Source of the DNA: Patescibacteria group bacterium
GTDB taxonomy: Bacteria; Patescibacteriota; Patescibacteriia; UBA9934; GWF2-40-263
Length of the DNA stretch: 64,000 bases
Direction of reading: 5' to 3'
Assembly: GCA_004297215.1 (NCBI GenBank)
Contig: SCUM01000001.1
Location: 353,181 to 417,180, forward strand
Position numbers and translations under genes: made by a program. Below, in pieces: positions 52,469-61,625 of this stretch. Under the pieces are notes generated by a model. It did not search any database. It saw only the letters and a list, made by a program, of their open reading frames with translations, and was not told the origin of the DNA. Position 1 is the first letter of the stretch, and each line of letters opens with the position of its first letter.

Positions 52469-53497
52469 TCACCGGATAAACATCGCGTCCCCGAACGAAT
52501 AGAACCGATATCCCTTCTCGATCGCCTCTTGATAGGCGGCGAGAACATGCTCGCGACCGGCAAAGGCGCTGACGAGGACGAGGAGCGTGGATTTCGGGAG
52601 ATGGAAGTTGGTGATGAGGGCGTCGATGACCTTGAAGTCGAAGCCGGGGGTGATGAAGAGGTTGATGTCGCCGGAGAATCCCCCGCCAGGAACGCCGCTT
52701 CCTTCGAGTGCACGGACCGTCGTCGTCCCGACGGCGATCACCCGACGACCTTCGGCTTTCGCCTTGTCGATCGCCCGCGAGGTTTCAGGAGAGATCGAGA
52801 CCCACTCGCCGTGCATGACATGCTCCTCGAGCGTCTCGGTCTTCACCGGCCGGAAGGTGCCCAGTCCCACGTGCAGCGTGACGAATGCGAATTCCACCCC
52901 CTTTCCCTTCAGCTTTTCGATAAGCTCCGGCGTGAAGTGGAAGCCGGCCGTCGGGGCGGCGACGGACCCCTTCTCTTTCGCGTAGACGGTCTGGTACTTC
53001 GACGCGTCGTCCGGCGCCTTTTCGACGTAGGGAGGCACGGGCACTTCGCCGAACTCGTCGCAAAACGCGAACACTTCGTCGTCGGAAATGTTGAACGCGA
53101 GCGTCACCGACCCGTCCTCGTGCTTCTCGACGACCGTCGGCTTCAATCCCCCGATCTCGATGGCGTTCCCGACGTGCACGCGCTTGCCCGGGCGCACGAG
53201 CGCGTGCCACAGCGACGCGCCCTCGAGCGCGTCCGGGAGCGGACGCAGCAAGAACACCTCGAACTCCTTGTCGAACCGCTTCCCCCGCAGGCGGGCCTTG
53301 AAGACGCGCGAGTCGTTCATCACGAGCAGGTCGCCGGCCTTGAGCTCGCCGATGATGTCGCGAAACGCCTTATGCGCGGTCTTTCCCGTAAAACGGTCCA
53401 TGACAAGCAACCGCGACGAATCGCGCGGCTCGGCCGGCACCTGGGCGATGCGCTCGGCCGGCAGCTGGTAGTCGTAAAGGGAGACAGGGGTTGACAT
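52469..53497 (-). CDS. queA: S-adenosylmethionine:tRNA ribosyltransferase-isomerase
   Basis: MSTPVSLYDYQLPAERIAQVPAEPRDSSRLLVMDR...GEVPVPPYV...TAGFHFT...IAVGTTTVRALE. Confidence 0.9.
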   Translation of the reverse strand: MSTPVSLYDYQLPAERIAQVPAEPRDSSRLLVMDRFTGKTAHKAFRDIIGELKAGDLLVMNDSRVFKARLRGKRFDKEFEVFLLRPLPDALEGASLWHALVRPGKRVHVGNAIEIGGLKPTVVEKHEDGSVTLAFNISDDEVFAFCDEFGEVPVPPYVEKAPDDASKYQTVYAKEKGSVAAPTAGFHFTPELIEKLKGKGVEFAFVTLHVGLGTFRPVKTETLEEHVMHGEWVSISPETSRAIDKAKAEGRRVIAVGTTTVRALEGSGVPGGGFSGDINLFITPGFDFKVIDALITNFHLPKSTLLVLVSAFAGREHVLAAYQEAIEKGYRFYSFGDAMFIR

Positions 53498-53595
53498 GGG
53501 AGCGACCATACGCGATTTCCCTTGACTTTTCAAGGATCCGACCCTAGACTGCGACACCCTTCACGTCGAAGGGCTCTCACACGCGGAGGCGGAAG

Positions 53596-54267
53596 ATGGC
53601 GACATTGAAGGCGCGGGTGTCGGACGTTCACTCGCTTGGGCGTCTCAAGCCCGGAGCCGACCCTGGCACGCCCATGGTCAAGCACGGGGTCATCGGATAC
53701 GTCTGGCATGACCATCGGTCAGCGGACAAGGCGCATCCGGACGACGGGCGGCGTACGGCACATGTCGAATGCGGCGGCACGGACTACGGGCCGCACCTCG
53801 CCATGGAGCTCCATGACATTACGAGGAACAGGCTCCCGATTTACACGTTCCTCGAGAAGCCGGGCGTGCACGGCGCGGCGGTCGGCGACCGCCGGTGTCC
53901 CGTCCCGTTCGACAAGCTCCGTGAGGATTCGATCGACGCGGACGACGAGGGGAACCTCGTGGCCGTCTCGGTCCACGCCCTGACCAACGAGGTTTCGGCG
54001 ATCCACGGCGGATGGGAAAGCCGCCGGTTCCGAGTCATCGGCGCGCTGCTGATCATCGGCAACGCGGTCGTGTTCCCGGCCGATGACGGCGAGGGGTACG
54101 CCTTGTACGCGCGGGAGACGCCCGCGACGGAGCGTCACAAGCTCCTCTGGATCGAGTCGGTGCACGGCAACGCCATCACCCTCGCCGGGTGCCGCATGGA
54201 CGGGGAATTCGTCCAATTCACCCTCACCCTGGACGCCGGAGCCCAGGACCAGGCCGACGCGGCCTAG
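53596..54267 (+). CDS. Hypothetical protein
   Basis: A 223-aa ORF followed by a terminator hairpin. The opposing long ORF (53719-54912) is Arg/Gly-rich antisense junk. Confidence 0.35.
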   Translation: MATLKARVSDVHSLGRLKPGADPGTPMVKHGVIGYVWHDHRSADKAHPDDGRRTAHVECGGTDYGPHLAMELHDITRNRLPIYTFLEKPGVHGAAVGDRRCPVPFDKLREDSIDADDEGNLVAVSVHALTNEVSAIHGGWESRRFRVIGALLIIGNAVVFPADDGEGYALYARETPATERHKLLWIESVHGNAITLAGCRMDGEFVQFTLTLDAGAQDQADAA

Positions 54268-54272
54268 ACCTC

Positions 54273-54318
54273 TGCCCGGAAACGGGCCTTGCGGGACGCC
54301 TTGCGTGTCCCGTTTTTT
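54273..54318 (+). terminator. Tandem hairpins plus a U-tract terminator
   Basis: gcccggaaacgggc followed by gggacgccttgcgtgtcccgttttttc. Confidence 0.55.
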
Positions 54319-54402
54319 CTTTATCCTCGGCGAAGGACCCCGACGTTCCGGTTCGTGCCGGAAGTCGGGGCTCCGACCCCTTGAATGGGCAGGGCGTCGG
54401 AG

Positions 54403-54430
54403 TTGACAATTCCGACCCTTCCTTATAGAC
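54403..54430 (+). promoter_or_regulatory. Candidate sigma-70-like promoter for rpmE
   Basis: TTGACA at 54403-54408, a spacer of 15 nt to TATAGA or 16 nt to ATAGAC, and about 25 nt to the rpmE ATG. The -10 is a weak match. Confidence 0.3.
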
Positions 54431-54453
54431 TTTCCGCAATTCCGAACCCCTTT

Positions 54454-54744
54454 ATGAAGCAAGAAATCCATCCTGAATACCACCCCAAGGCCAAGATCGC
54501 CTGCGCGTGCGGCGCCAGCTACGCGGTTGGCAGCACCCTGCCGGAAATCGGGGTCGAGTTGTGCGCGGCCTGCCACCCCTTCTACACGGGCAAGCAGAAG
54601 ATCCTCGACACGGCCCGCCGCGTGGAAAAGTTCACCACGCGCACGTCCAAGAAGGCCACCGTCGCCACCGGCACCAAGGTGAAGCGCGCCAAGCGCGCCG
54701 CGGCCAAGGCCGTGAAGACCGAAGAGAAGGCCAAGAAGGCGTAG
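54454..54744 (+). CDS. rpmE: 50S ribosomal protein L31
   Basis: [60 protein letters not shown]. Confidence 0.9.
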   Translation: MKQEIHPEYHPKAKIACACGASYAVGSTLPEIGVELCAACHPFYTGKQKILDTARRVEKFTTRTSKKATVATGTKVKRAKRAAAKAVKTEEKAKKA

Positions 54745-54799
54745 CCGCGGGAAGGCGTCCGAGCGGACGCTTTTTCCTTTTGCTGATATTCTCCCCTGT

Positions 54800-55885
54800 A
54801 TGGACCTCCTCAAGGAGCTCGACCAGGTGAAAAAACGCGTGGCGGACCTCGAAACCCGATTGGCCGATCCGGGCGTGCTTTCCGATCCCAAGAAACTCCG
54901 CGAGGCCGGCATCGAGTACCAGGAAGCGAAAGACCTGCTTGAGATCGGGGAACGCTATGCGCAGGCCGCCTCGGGGCTCGCGTCCGCAAAGGACATGCTT
55001 CGCGACTCGACCGACCCGGAGATGCGCGCCTTGGCCCAAACGGAAATCGAGGAACTTGCGGGAAAACTCCCGAAGCTCGAGGAGGCGTTCACCCTCGCCC
55101 TGCTCCCTCCCGATCCGCTCGATAAGAAAAACAGCATCGTGGAAATCCGCGCTGGCACGGGCGGCGACGAGGCCGCGATCTTCGCGGGCGAACTGTTGCG
55201 CGCCTATTCGCTGTTCGCCGAACGCCAGGGCTGGAAGGTGTCGCCGGTCACCATGAGCCGCGGCGAGGCGGGCGGGTTCAAGGAAGCGATCGTGGAGATC
55301 GAGGGGAAGAACGTCTACAGCAAGCTCAAGTTCGAATCCGGCGTGCATCGCGTGCAGCGCGTGCCGGAGACGGAAAAGGCCGGACGCGTGCACACCTCGA
55401 CCGCGACGGTGGCGGTCATGCCCGAAGCCGAGGAGATCGACGTACGCCTCGACCCGAAGGACCTGAAAATCGAAGCGAGCACCAGCCAAGGCGCGGGCGG
55501 CCAGAGCGTGAACACCACCTACTCCGCCATCCGCATCGTGCATCTTCCCACGGGCATCGTCGTGCAATGCCAGGACGAACGCAGCCAGGCGCAAAACCGC
55601 TTGCGAGCCATGCAGATCCTGCGCGCCCGCGTGTTCGCGCACGAGCAGGAAAAGGCGGCCAAGGAACGCTCCGCCGCGCGCAAGTCGCAGATCGGCTCCG
55701 GCGACCGCTCGGAAAAGATCCGCACGTACAATTTTCCCCAGGACCGCGTCACCGACCACCGCATCGGGGAAAACTTCCACGACATCCCCGGCATCATGAA
55801 CGGCAATCTCGCCCCGATCTTGGACGCGTTGAACGCGGCGGAATTGAAGGAGAGATTCGAGGCGTTAGCAGAGAAAGAAGCTTGA
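54800..55885 (+). CDS. prfA: Peptide chain release factor 1
   Basis: Has the PET tripeptide at the RF1 codon-recognition position ([13 protein letters not shown]) and the GGQ motif ([12 protein letters not shown]). Confidence 0.95.
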   Translation: MDLLKELDQVKKRVADLETRLADPGVLSDPKKLREAGIEYQEAKDLLEIGERYAQAASGLASAKDMLRDSTDPEMRALAQTEIEELAGKLPKLEEAFTLALLPPDPLDKKNSIVEIRAGTGGDEAAIFAGELLRAYSLFAERQGWKVSPVTMSRGEAGGFKEAIVEIEGKNVYSKLKFESGVHRVQRVPETEKAGRVHTSTATVAVMPEAEEIDVRLDPKDLKIEASTSQGAGGQSVNTTYSAIRIVHLPTGIVVQCQDERSQAQNRLRAMQILRARVFAHEQEKAAKERSAARKSQIGSGDRSEKIRTYNFPQDRVTDHRIGENFHDIPGIMNGNLAPILDALNAAELKERFEALAEKEA

Positions 55886-55899
55886 AAAGCGAAAGGAGT

Positions 55900-56900
55900 G
55901 CGTAAGAAAGAGGGTTATCCACAGAAATGTGGGTAACGCCCCTTGACGCGTCGTTTAGGGAACGATAAGCTGCTTCTCACGTTGATGAGGCAGAAACGAA
56001 CCGACGACGTCCGTCAGGACGACCGAACGGGCGAAAAGCCTACGCAGCGTGCAAAGTGAGATGACGTCGCTCGAATCGAATGAAGGCCCCGCGAGGGAGA
56101 CCGACAGGAGAAAAGAGCGAGGATCAGGAATCTTCTGAATCATTGATGGGAATCTCTGGTGGTCCTCCGTGACTTACTGGAACCCTCCCATCAGTGCCAT
56201 CAGCCTCCCCGCCGTGAAACAGCGGAATAACCTGGCGCATGTGCATGCGTCTGGTCCAGGAGGAGCGCCGGCTCATCGAGTCGGAACCGGTCCCATTCCG
56301 GAAGGTGGAAAGCAGAAGAAGGTTTGCGGGGTAGCTGGGGAGGAGAAAGACCTCCATGCGAGCCGCAATTCAAGTCGTCGGACATGGAAGCCCGCAATTG
56401 CGCGGTTTCACCTAGAGGACGCTAATAACGTCCGCATAGGTCGCGAATGTCGGAGGGTCGCAAGACCCTAGGGATCAAGAGGCGATTCATCGCTACTTCC
56501 CTTCACTGATGACGCTCGGTGCAGCGATCCTGCACGACAAGTCATGTTTGACACCCTGCCATGGATCGCAAGATCACCAACATGGCTAGGTCCGAACGTC
56601 TTTGAACATGCCGATCCGGAGCCGAACGAGAGTAACATCTCCAGTAGGAAGGTGAGGTGGCTGGTGCTCTCGGGTGCCAGGAAAGACGTCGGGAACGTTC
56701 CCGATCGATATCGAACCGGCGCGTCAGGCATCTGGCGCGTGACATTCGACACGGTGGGTCCCGTTGGGATGTAGGAAGTAGGAAGAGCGCGTGCGCTCGG
56801 ACGAAACTACGTCTCGCGGGCCACCCGTGAAGGATTGCGAGTTGGTCAACTCCAGCGAGCACCTGAGGCCCTAGCGAAAGCGAAGGCCTCTTGAATTTTC
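55900..56900 (+). ncRNA. ORF-free lower-GC insert of about 1 kb between prfA and prmC, ending in a hairpin plus U-tract; candidate large structured RNA or ORF-less inserted element
   Basis: No ORF longer than 106 aa on either strand, and GC is about 10 points below the flanks. The 3-prime end has gaggcc...ggcctc followed by ttgaattttcatttcc, consistent with a + strand transcript. The 8-nt direct repeat agcgaaag occurs at both ends (55888-55895 and 56873-56880). Confidence 0.3.
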
Positions 56901-56935
56901 ATTTCCGAACGTTCGCGCTAGGGTACCATGCGCCT

Positions 56936-57862
56936 ATGACGGTATTCGAGGCCCTGCAATGGGCCAGCGGCAAACTCAAGCCCCATGCGGAATCGGCCAT
57001 GCTCGACGCTGAGGTGCTGCTTGGGCATGCCTTAGGGCTTCCAAAGGCATGGGTGTTCTCGCATTTCGAGTACGAGCTGAAGCCGTACGAGGCCGACAGG
57101 TTCGCATCGTCCGTCGCGCGGCGCATGAAGCGCGAGCCGGTGGCGCACATCATCGGCCAAAAGGAATTCTACGGCCGCAAGTTCCGCGTCACTCCCGCGA
57201 CCCTTATCCCTCGACCAGAAACGGAGCTGCTCGTCGAGCACGCGCTCAGGGCGAGCTACCCCTCTCCTTTAGAAGGAGAGGGCATGGGTGAGGTCTCGCG
57301 AGACAAGGACATGGGTGACGTGCTCTTCGCCGACATCGGGACCGGCAGCGGCGCCATTGCCATTTCCCTTGCCGCCGAATCCGGATTTCCGGCCGTCGCA
57401 ACGGACGTGAGTCGCGAAGCCCTGGCTGTCGCGAAGAGCAATGCCGAAGCGCTCGGCGTTTCCGACAAGGTGGATTTCCGGCTCGGAAATCTCCTGGAAC
57501 CGGTCACGGCCATCTTCAAGAAACTCGGAGACGCGTCGCCGGTAACGCACCTTGTCATCTGTGCCAACCTGCCGTACCTCACCGCGGAACAGGTCGCCTG
57601 CACGGACGCCGACGTAAAAGACTTCGAGCCGCATTCCGCCCTCGTCGCGGGCGAAGACGGCCTGTCCTGTTACTGGCAATTGTTCCGTCAGCTAAAGCAG
57701 AACCGCGGCCTGTTCCCCGCCCGCGTCACGGCCCTCATCGAGATCGACCCGTCGCAGCGCGACAAGGCCGTCGCCCTCATCACGCACGACTTCCCCGCCG
57801 CCAAGCCTGAAGTCCTGAAAGACCTTGCCGGCCTCGATCGGGTCATCTTCGCCGACCTATGA
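56936..57862 (+). CDS. prmC: Release factor glutamine methyltransferase PrmC/HemK
   Basis: ...LIPRPETELLVEHAL...DIGTGSGAIAISLA...VICANLPYL. It has NLPY instead of the canonical NPPY, and a 24-aa insertion (ASYPSPLEGEGMGEVSRDKDMGDV) between the N-domain and motif I. Confidence 0.85.
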   Translation: MTVFEALQWASGKLKPHAESAMLDAEVLLGHALGLPKAWVFSHFEYELKPYEADRFASSVARRMKREPVAHIIGQKEFYGRKFRVTPATLIPRPETELLVEHALRASYPSPLEGEGMGEVSRDKDMGDVLFADIGTGSGAIAISLAAESGFPAVATDVSREALAVAKSNAEALGVSDKVDFRLGNLLEPVTAIFKKLGDASPVTHLVICANLPYLTAEQVACTDADVKDFEPHSALVAGEDGLSCYWQLFRQLKQNRGLFPARVTALIEIDPSQRDKAVALITHDFPAAKPEVLKDLAGLDRVIFADL

Positions 57863-57901
57863 AAATACCAGGACCCGGTCCTGGTATTTCCGCGCGAACG
57901 C

Positions 57902-58999
57902 TTAAAAACTTGGTGCCTCTGCCGGCTCGTGGATGGATACCATTTCGGCGTCCGGGACCACTTCGATCCACGTAAGGCCGGCATTCATCTCCATCTCGGC
58001 GCCATTTTCGTCGAAGAAGCGGATGCGCTCCGTGGCGCTGGGCTTTTTCCAGGTGCCTTTCACCGCCTTGCCGTCCTGGAGCACCATCGCGCTCCCCTCC
58101 CCGACCGTCTTCACCTCGCGACGACCGACCGCGTCGACGACCTTCATCTGGGTGATCACGATGGCGACGTTCGCCGCGGCGACCGGAGAACCGTCCTGCA
58201 TCTGATACGGGAGCCCGCCCTGGCGGCGCGCATACGTGCCCGTCTTCGGATCATACGTCCAGTCCGCCTTGTAACTCGTGGCGCCGAAGTCGACGGTGGC
58301 GCCCGCGCCCTCTGGCTCAGGCTCGATGTCCTTGAACGCCCAGGTGCCATACAGGAGCGTAGGCGCCTTGCCGAGGTCCTCCGCCTTCTTCGCCGCGGCG
58401 GCAAGCCGTTCGGACGAGGTGTACGCGTTGTGCGGGGCGAACCGGTCCGCAGAGCGCCAGTACGCGGCGCCGTTTCCGAACTCGTTGAGGTCGAAAACGC
58501 CCGTGCGGCCGATGAGCTCGAGCGCGGCGTCGGAACCGCCCACATGCGCGTACAGCGCGTCGAGCTCCTGCGCCCAGTCCACGAAATAGGGGCGGGCGGA
58601 GCGCACCGGACCGATCTTTCCCACGTCCGTCCCGGCGGCGAAGAACGCCTCGAGCCGCGGGATGCCGGCCTCCACCGGCGCTTCGATCACCAGGAACGCC
58701 TTGTTGACCCCGCTTTGGGGCCAGGCATCCACGCTGTGGTCCACCATGACGGCATACGCCAAGGGATAATCCTCCATCGGCTCCAGGCGACGCTCGCCCG
58801 TGAGCGGATGGCGGAAGGCGAGCACCTCCTCCCGCGCCTCGTCCGGGGCATCCGGACGGTCAGGCCAGATCACGCCGCGGAACGCGTACAGCCCCAGGAC
58901 AAGCGCAAATGCAAGCGCGATGGCCATCGCGCTTGCATATCCCTCCTTGGTCTTGAGCTTCTGGAACCAGCGTTCCAATTCCTGTCGGTAGTTCGTCAT
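57902..58999 (-). CDS. Membrane-anchored secreted protein, possibly DUF3048-like
   Basis: N-terminal TM helix AMAIALAFALVLGLYAF followed by a roughly 330-aa extracytoplasmic domain. The family assignment is tentative. Confidence 0.4.
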   Translation of the reverse strand: MTNYRQELERWFQKLKTKEGYASAMAIALAFALVLGLYAFRGVIWPDRPDAPDEAREEVLAFRHPLTGERRLEPMEDYPLAYAVMVDHSVDAWPQSGVNKAFLVIEAPVEAGIPRLEAFFAAGTDVGKIGPVRSARPYFVDWAQELDALYAHVGGSDAALELIGRTGVFDLNEFGNGAAYWRSADRFAPHNAYTSSERLAAAAKKAEDLGKAPTLLYGTWAFKDIEPEPEGAGATVDFGATSYKADWTYDPKTGTYARRQGGLPYQMQDGSPVAAANVAIVITQMKVVDAVGRREVKTVGEGSAMVLQDGKAVKGTWKKPSATERIRFFDENGAEMEMNAGLTWIEVVPDAEMVSIHEPAEAPSF

Positions 59000-59052
59000 G
59001 TGGGGATCCTTCGTGCCTGATGGTCCTCAGGATAAATTCGACTAAGTCGAAT

Positions 59053-59772
59053 TTACTTCTTGGCCTTAGGTTCTTCCTTCTTCGCTTCCGGTTTCCCTTC
59101 CGCCCCTTCGGCCGCTTCGGCCCCTTCCTCCTCTTCCTTGCCCTTCTTCTCCACCTCGACCTTGGTGACGTCCGCTTCCGCGACCGTGTCGAGCGCGGCG
59201 ATCTCTTCCTCGGAACGCGGCGCTTCCACGGAGGCGACGGCGCCCTGCGCGTCATCGAGGATGGTGACGCCCGCGGGGACCGCGATGTCGGAAACGCGGA
59301 TGATGTCGTCGAAGGTGACGAGCGTGCTGATGTCAATCACGATCTCGCCCGGCAGGTCCTTCGGCAACGCGCGCACGGTGACCTCTTCCACCGAGTGGGT
59401 GAAGGTGCCGCCGAGGTTCTTGACGGCGTTGGACTCGCCCGTGAACACGAGCTTCACATGGGTCTCGATGGGCTTGGTCATGTCCAGCGCGCGGAAGTCG
59501 GCGTGGATCACCTCGTCGCGCAGCGGGTCGGTCTGGATGTCGTGGATGAGCACGTTCACCATCCCCTTGCCGTCGATCGTAAGCTCGACCACGCCGGATT
59601 CCCCGGCCGCCTTGTACAGGCGCACGAACGCCGGGCGGTCGACCTGGATGGCCGTGGGGGCGTCGATGCCGGCGCCGTATACGATGGCCGGGACCACCTC
59701 CTCGTTGCGCAGCAGGTAGTTCTTGCGCCCCTTGGTGGTGCGGACGTTCGCGTTCAGCTGGTAGGTCTGCAT
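59053..59772 (-). CDS. rplY: 50S ribosomal protein L25 / general stress protein Ctc, with a Glu/Lys-rich C-terminal tail
   Basis: MQTYQLNANVRTTKGRKNYLLRNEEVVPAIVYGAG... Confidence 0.9.
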   Translation of the reverse strand: MQTYQLNANVRTTKGRKNYLLRNEEVVPAIVYGAGIDAPTAIQVDRPAFVRLYKAAGESGVVELTIDGKGMVNVLIHDIQTDPLRDEVIHADFRALDMTKPIETHVKLVFTGESNAVKNLGGTFTHSVEEVTVRALPKDLPGEIVIDISTLVTFDDIIRVSDIAVPAGVTILDDAQGAVASVEAPRSEEEIAALDTVAEADVTKVEVEKKGKEEEEGAEAAEGAEGKPEAKKEEPKAKK

Positions 59773-59852
59773 AGGGTGGTTCCTGGACGGGAAAAGCCCC
59801 GTCGAATGGGCCAAGTATGCAAAAACGGCTGTGATTTGTCAATGCCGAAGCG

Positions 59853-59919
59853 CGTAATGCGTAGGTGGCAGGTGGTAGGACAAAAAATCCTACGCACTAC
59901 GTACTACCCCCTACGTACT
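59853..59919. repeat. Word-palindrome hairpin of the gtagg family (R14)
   Basis: gcgtaatgcgtaggtggcaggtggtagga caaaaaa tcctacgcactacgtactaccccctacgtac. Confidence 0.75.
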
Positions 59920-59921
59920 CA

Positions 59922-60332
59922 TCAGGAGCGGTTCGATCGGGTTTTCGAGGAGAATCGGACCCGCTTTTTCCCTAAGGTGACGGACCTGGCCAATGCGGCG
60001 AGACCGGGGCCGTCCACGAAGGCATGCAGCTCGATCACGTCATCCACGGTGATGGCGCCTGGGCGCTGGAACCGCAGGGCGTCGTCGGCGGACAGGTCCG
60101 TGAGGAGCGCGACCGAGGTCGCGGCTTCCCCCCGGCGCATCACCAGGGAAAGGGTGGCGCAGCCGCATCGCTCACAGGCGGCGTGGATCAGGCTCGTGTC
60201 ATCCCGGGAGCCGAGCACGCGGCTTACGAGGTCCGTGCGGCGTTCGTCGCATGCGGCGCACGAGACGAGCTTCAGCGGCTCATTCCAGGCGTTGTTGGAA
60301 GGCATAGGGGTAAGCGTGGGGGTCACCTCCAT
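59922..60332 (-). CDS. Hypothetical protein with paired CxxC motifs (possible zinc ribbon)
   Basis: ...VSCAACDERRTD...IHAACERCGCATL.... 136 aa. Confidence 0.35.
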   Translation of the reverse strand: MEVTPTLTPMPSNNAWNEPLKLVSCAACDERRTDLVSRVLGSRDDTSLIHAACERCGCATLSLVMRRGEAATSVALLTDLSADDALRFQRPGAITVDDVIELHAFVDGPGLAALARSVTLGKKRVRFSSKTRSNRS

Positions 60333-60362
60333 ACGATAACACGGGCAAGGAAGAAAGGAAGG

Positions 60363-61469
60363 TTAGGCCCCGTCGCGGCGGGAATGTACCGCGACGCTCT
60401 GCGCCACCCCGAGCATGAGCAGGGTGAACAAGAGCGAGCTCCCGCCGTAGCTTACGAGCGGCAGGGTGACGCCGGTCACGGGCATGAGGCCCAGGTTCGC
60501 CCCGACGTTCACGGTGAGCTGCACGAGGATCATGGCGCCGAACCCGATGAGCAAGTGGCTGGTGAAGTCGTCCCGGCTCGCGGCGGCGAGCTGGAGCAGG
60601 CGGACGAACAGGACGGCGAACGCGGACAGGACGATGACGACCCCGAAGAACCCGAGCTCCTCGGCGATGACCGCGAAGATGAAGTCGGTCTGGGACTCCG
60701 GGAGGAACTTGAGCTGGCTCTGCGACCCGAACCCCAATCCGCTGCCGAACAGGCCGCCGCTGCCGACCGCGATGATGGCCTGCGCGACGTTGTATCCTTC
60801 CCCGAGCGGGTCCAAGGACGGGTCGATGAACGAGAGGATGCGCGCTTTCTGATACGGGGCGAGCAACCCCTGCCAGGCCACGACCCCTACGAGCGCCGCG
60901 ATCGCGAGGATGGGGACGAGGTGGCGCGCTCGCATGCCGGCGAACAGGCAGACGGCACCCCAAAGCCCCATGAGCAGGAGCGCCGAGCCGAGGTCGGGCT
61001 GGAGCATCACGAGGACGGCCGGCACGGCGGCGATCAGCCCGCTTTCCACCAGCTCGCGCACCGCGAACCGGGGGCGCGCACGGGAAGAGAAATACGCGGC
61101 GAGCGCCACCGCGAGCGCGAACTTCATGTACTCGACCGGCTGGAAGCGGAACGTCCCGAGGTCGAACCATCCGGTCGTGCCGCGCACGTCCTCGCCAAAG
61201 AGCAGCACGGCCCCGAGCATGAGGACGCCCGCGGCGTACGCGACGACGCTCCAGTTGCGCAACAGCCGGTAATTGCCGCGCGCGGCGAACAGGAACGCCG
61301 CGAGACCGACGCCCGCGGCCAGCAGCTGTTTCTTCACGTTCAGGAAATCCGACTCGGGACGGGACAGGGCCACGGAATAGATGGCGGCGAGGCCGAAGGC
61401 GAGCAACGCGAACACCGCGAAGGCGAGCGGCCAGTCCATGCGTCGCAGGCGGGCGAGGTCGAGGAGCAT
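60363..61469 (-). CDS. SEDS-family peptidoglycan glycosyltransferase (FtsW/RodA)
   Basis: Ten TM helices and ...VMLQPDLGSALLL..., ...NVAQAIIAVGSGGLFGSGLGFGSQSQLKFLPESQTDFIFAVIAEELGF..., ...LPLVSYGGSSLL.... The start was trimmed to MLLDLARL; the upstream extension is the translated repeat. Confidence 0.85.
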   Translation of the reverse strand: MLLDLARLRRMDWPLAFAVFALLAFGLAAIYSVALSRPESDFLNVKKQLLAAGVGLAAFLFAARGNYRLLRNWSVVAYAAGVLMLGAVLLFGEDVRGTTGWFDLGTFRFQPVEYMKFALAVALAAYFSSRARPRFAVRELVESGLIAAVPAVLVMLQPDLGSALLLMGLWGAVCLFAGMRARHLVPILAIAALVGVVAWQGLLAPYQKARILSFIDPSLDPLGEGYNVAQAIIAVGSGGLFGSGLGFGSQSQLKFLPESQTDFIFAVIAEELGFFGVVIVLSAFAVLFVRLLQLAAASRDDFTSHLLIGFGAMILVQLTVNVGANLGLMPVTGVTLPLVSYGGSSLLFTLLMLGVAQSVAVHSRRDGA

Positions 61470-61483
61470 GGGGGGAGGGTAGA

Positions 61484-61622
61484 CGAAAACTTGAAACATG
61501 AAAACTTGAAGGACCAAAGACCCATGAAAAGGTCGATGGATAAAAGGATGAAATTTCAAACTTCATCCTTCAACCTTTCCGTCACCCATTGGTCCTTCAA
61601 GTTTTGGTTCTTCAAGTTTTTT
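61484..61622. repeat. Word-palindrome hairpin of the ttgaag/ggaccaaag family (R11), close copy of R1
   Basis: gaaaacttgaaacatgaaaacttgaaggaccaaagaccc...gtcacccattggtccttcaagttttggttcttcaagtttttt. Confidence 0.8.
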
Positions 61623-61625
61623 ATC

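Noticed and set aside
55886-56935. RNase P RNA, tmRNA, rRNA fragment or group II intron as the identity of the prfA-prmC insert
   Set aside because: The P4 (GGAAAGTCCGG / ACAGAA..CCGGCTTA), tmRNA 3-prime tRNA-like end, 16S/23S universal motifs and the domain V GAGC...GAAA...ACGG hairpin were not found by eye. The SRP-like CCGGAAGG...AAGCAG resemblance is too weak. It is kept only as an unclassified candidate ncRNA or insertion.
587-61622. CRISPR array interpretation of the tandem-word repeats
   Set aside because: The repeats are short (5-12 nt words), arranged as inverted palindromes rather than regularly spaced direct repeats with unique spacers, and no cas genes are present. The Cas4-like domain at 25521-26918 is of the TM0106 housekeeping type.
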